DNA of 63,599 nucleotides, counting the filler, from Folioceros fuciformis (Eukaryota): NCBI GenBank assembly GCA_049999805.1. It is 7 parts of 7 records of this genome, joined end to end, with 100 filler letters (N's around TTAATTAATTAA, not from the genome) between each part and the next. Parts side by side here need not be neighbours in the genome. Positions count along the whole stretch, not along the records: positions 61,189 to 63,599 come from JBNGIO010006143.1; 6 more parts are not named here. One strand, given 5' to 3'. The position numbers were made by a program, and so were the translations under genes. Positions 61,191-63,599 of the stretch are shown in pieces (positions within the stretch are counted from its first letter, which is position 1; every line of letters starts with the position of its first letter). The notes below the pieces were generated by a model. That model saw nothing but the letters and a program-made list of their open reading frames with translations, did not search any database and was not told the DNA's origin.

Positions 61191-62621
61191 ACTCGCGACA
61201 TTCCAAATGACTTGTGCAAGAACCGTGTTAGAGAACTTATTGTCAAGTTCTATGAGGAGAACTCCTTGAGGGCATTGGAGAGCAAGTACGTGCGGTACCG
61301 CGAGCTAGGCCAAGAGAAGTTCAAGATCGAAATGCATAATCTCATCATGGATGCTCTTCATTGTCCGGAGTGGTACGAAGAGATTCACAAGAGGGGCTTC
61401 CTGCAATTCTTGCAGAGTAGGGTGCACGATGCGTTATGGAATTCGAAAAATTTGCTCGCAAAGTATGCCAGGGAACATCGACCAGAGGATGAAGAATTCC
61501 AGCAGGTTGTGCTGAAGGCGGATTTGTTTGTGGCCCAAATGAGGCCATTTGCCAAGAATAGGAACCGGCGTGGATCCGTGGGTTGGTGGAATTCGGAGGA
61601 GGCACGAAGTGAGGACCACATGCGGATGGCTCATTTGATCGCACTTCCAGAAACTGCAATTGTCATTGCAATGGACAATGTATCCAGGAGAGGTGGATAC
61701 GCCACCATACGCAGAGTTCGTATTGAAGGTGCTCCTGGCATTTTCGCAGGATGGGAATTCGCCGCCAAATTGTCCAATCAATGGCAAACAAGACCAGACC
61801 TCGCCAAGATCGAGCACCACAATGAATCAATGGCGGTCAGAATTCCACATCCTGGAGTCATACGTTTTGCCGCCATACACGCCTCCAAGTACGAAGGATA
61901 TGCGTATTGGTGGAATGGAGGAACGATACGAGAGATGTTACGCCGTGATTACGAGTACGGCGATGACGTTTACATCCACTTCGCCCATGGCAATTTCGGA
62001 GATGATGAACTTCTTCGTGCGAATCAACTCGTCCGGTTTCGCAAGAAACGAACCGAGCTTGCATGGGCATTGCTGCATATTATGAACGAGGTGCACAAGA
62101 GCCAAAACCTGCACAACGATCTATCGCCGGACAATATCCTTCTGCATTTTCCACAAGATGAATCGCGAGTGTACATTGGAGTATGCGACTGGGGCATGAC
62201 GACAAAGTTAAGCGAGCCCATGCAGTCTCTCTACACTTTCACCAATGCCCAGTCAATGGCTGATGCTTTGAGAAGTCGCTGGTGGGTGGATCCAAGAATT
62301 GCATATCTGCACAAGCCCGATGCAGATGTACAGATGATTCCACCGTTGTCAAAGACTTCTGAGGAGTATGCCACTGCTCAAATAGCGCAACGAATCAACG
62401 GCATGACCATGTCTACCGTCTACGAGAAGTTGCAGCGCGACTCTTCAAGTTCTGTAGTATTCTCAAATCAAGAATTTGCGAATACTTTCCATATCTACAT
62501 GGGAAGGTTGACTAACTCAGGACGAGAAGGCGCTGGAGGACTATCACATATCATCAACAGGTTCAGCACCACGTACAATTGGCCTACGCCTCATGAGCAT
62601 TTTCGGAGCACGTATGCGTAG
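61191..62621 (+). CDS. Atypical intronless protein-kinase-fold protein with helical N-terminal region, 5' truncated by a gap
   Basis: RRGGYATIRR (G-loop), FAAKLS (beta3 Lys), HPGVIRF, HNDLSPDNILL (catalytic loop), CDWGM (DFG equivalent). The frame is open back to the gap. Confidence 0.75.
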   Translation, partial: TRDIPNDLCKNRVRELIVKFYEENSLRALESKYVRYRELGQEKFKIEMHNLIMDALHCPEWYEEIHKRGFLQFLQSRVHDALWNSKNLLAKYAREHRPEDEEFQQVVLKADLFVAQMRPFAKNRNRRGSVGWWNSEEARSEDHMRMAHLIALPETAIVIAMDNVSRRGGYATIRRVRIEGAPGIFAGWEFAAKLSNQWQTRPDLAKIEHHNESMAVRIPHPGVIRFAAIHASKYEGYAYWWNGGTIREMLRRDYEYGDDVYIHFAHGNFGDDELLRANQLVRFRKKRTELAWALLHIMNEVHKSQNLHNDLSPDNILLHFPQDESRVYIGVCDWGMTTKLSEPMQSLYTFTNAQSMADALRSRWWVDPRIAYLHKPDADVQMIPPLSKTSEEYATAQIAQRINGMTMSTVYEKLQRDSSSSVVFSNQEFANTFHIYMGRLTNSGREGAGGLSHIINRFSTTYNWPTPHEHFRSTYA

Positions 62622-63599
62622 TAGCTTCTAATAGTTGCATTTTGTTAGGATGAGTTGATCGTTACGAATAGTATCGAATTTGGCCGTCATGATCGTAGTT
62701 CTAGAATTAGTTCAAAATGTATTGCACGCCCTTTGAATCCGAAAGATGATAGTAATATATATAATTTTCTATATTTTTATATATAATTGTGTATTGTATA
62801 TTGTATTCAACCATACTTCCATCGTGTGGATTTTGCCGTGTGTCATGAATGTACATCTCATAATTCTTTTTCATACATGGAGTTCATCATATTTCAGCAC
62901 TACTACATACAGACTACTAGACTACAGTTTGTGTACTTCTTGGGTAATAAAACATAATTACACTAACTTTTTGGAATCCTATACTCCACAAAGTAAGAGG
63001 TAGATACATTACTAGGCTGGCTAATTTACACTCATTATAGCCCATTCTTTCATCTCATCCATTCTTACAACAAATCAATATGAACATGGTCTTCGGGAAA
63101 ACTAGCCTTCCCCTTCAGAAAGCTTCCTTGGCCCTTCCGTCATAAAAAAAATTTAAATGAGGCCTTGAAATTGACTTTGGCAATATTTTGGGTTCTTGTC
63201 ATGCACCACCGTTAAATAGAGAAAACTNNNNNNNNNNNNNNNNNNNNNNNNNNNNNNNNNNNNNNNNNNNNNNNNNNNNNNNNNNNNNNNNNNNNNNNNN
63301 NNNNNNNNNNNNNNNNNNNNNNNNNNNGACTTCTTTTTAAAACCCCTCAACGGCAAAGACTATGTTTCCTCACAAACGCTGCAATTCTGCCACTTCTAGC
63401 CCAATGGGCAAGAATAAATAGTTATGGTGAATCTAAAATTGACAAAAAGATATTTAAAAGATACGTAGTGAAATAAGTCTCATAGCATTAAAGAGTGTTA
63501 AAATGATATGGATTACTTCATAAAATTCCATTCCGTAATGCATGGTACAATTTTACTACACACAATTTTTCTAAATAGAATTGGAACAAACAAAAACAC

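Overview
Eukaryotic land-plant nuclear DNA from a gapped scaffold. The gene density, ~80-150 nt GT-AG introns and gene content suggest a bryophyte, plausibly a hornwort; this is inference. The first ~40 kb is gene-rich. It holds a fasciclin-like arabinogalactan protein, PEX19, LPA19/Psb27-H2, clathrin heavy chain, a split CRE-type non-LTR retrotransposon relic, a disordered/WD40 protein, an orphan Pro-rich/coiled-coil gene, a divergent Shewanella-like phosphatase, CWC21/SRRM2 with a truncated local copy, and an intronless arginine decarboxylase. The ADC leader has no upstream AUG and carries a perfect GC hairpin (ADC-box-like). From 40 kb on lies a retroelement nest (a Gypsy relic and four Copia elements) around a PMT-family methyltransferase, followed by an intronless atypical kinase. 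The most unusual signal is accessory gene content in the Copia elements. One has three tandem small ORFs between its tRNA-Met PBS and gag. Two others carry antisense ORFs (one apparently spliced, one with an AT-hook-like motif) between pol and the 3' LTR. All calls come from manual reading and translation; no searches were run.
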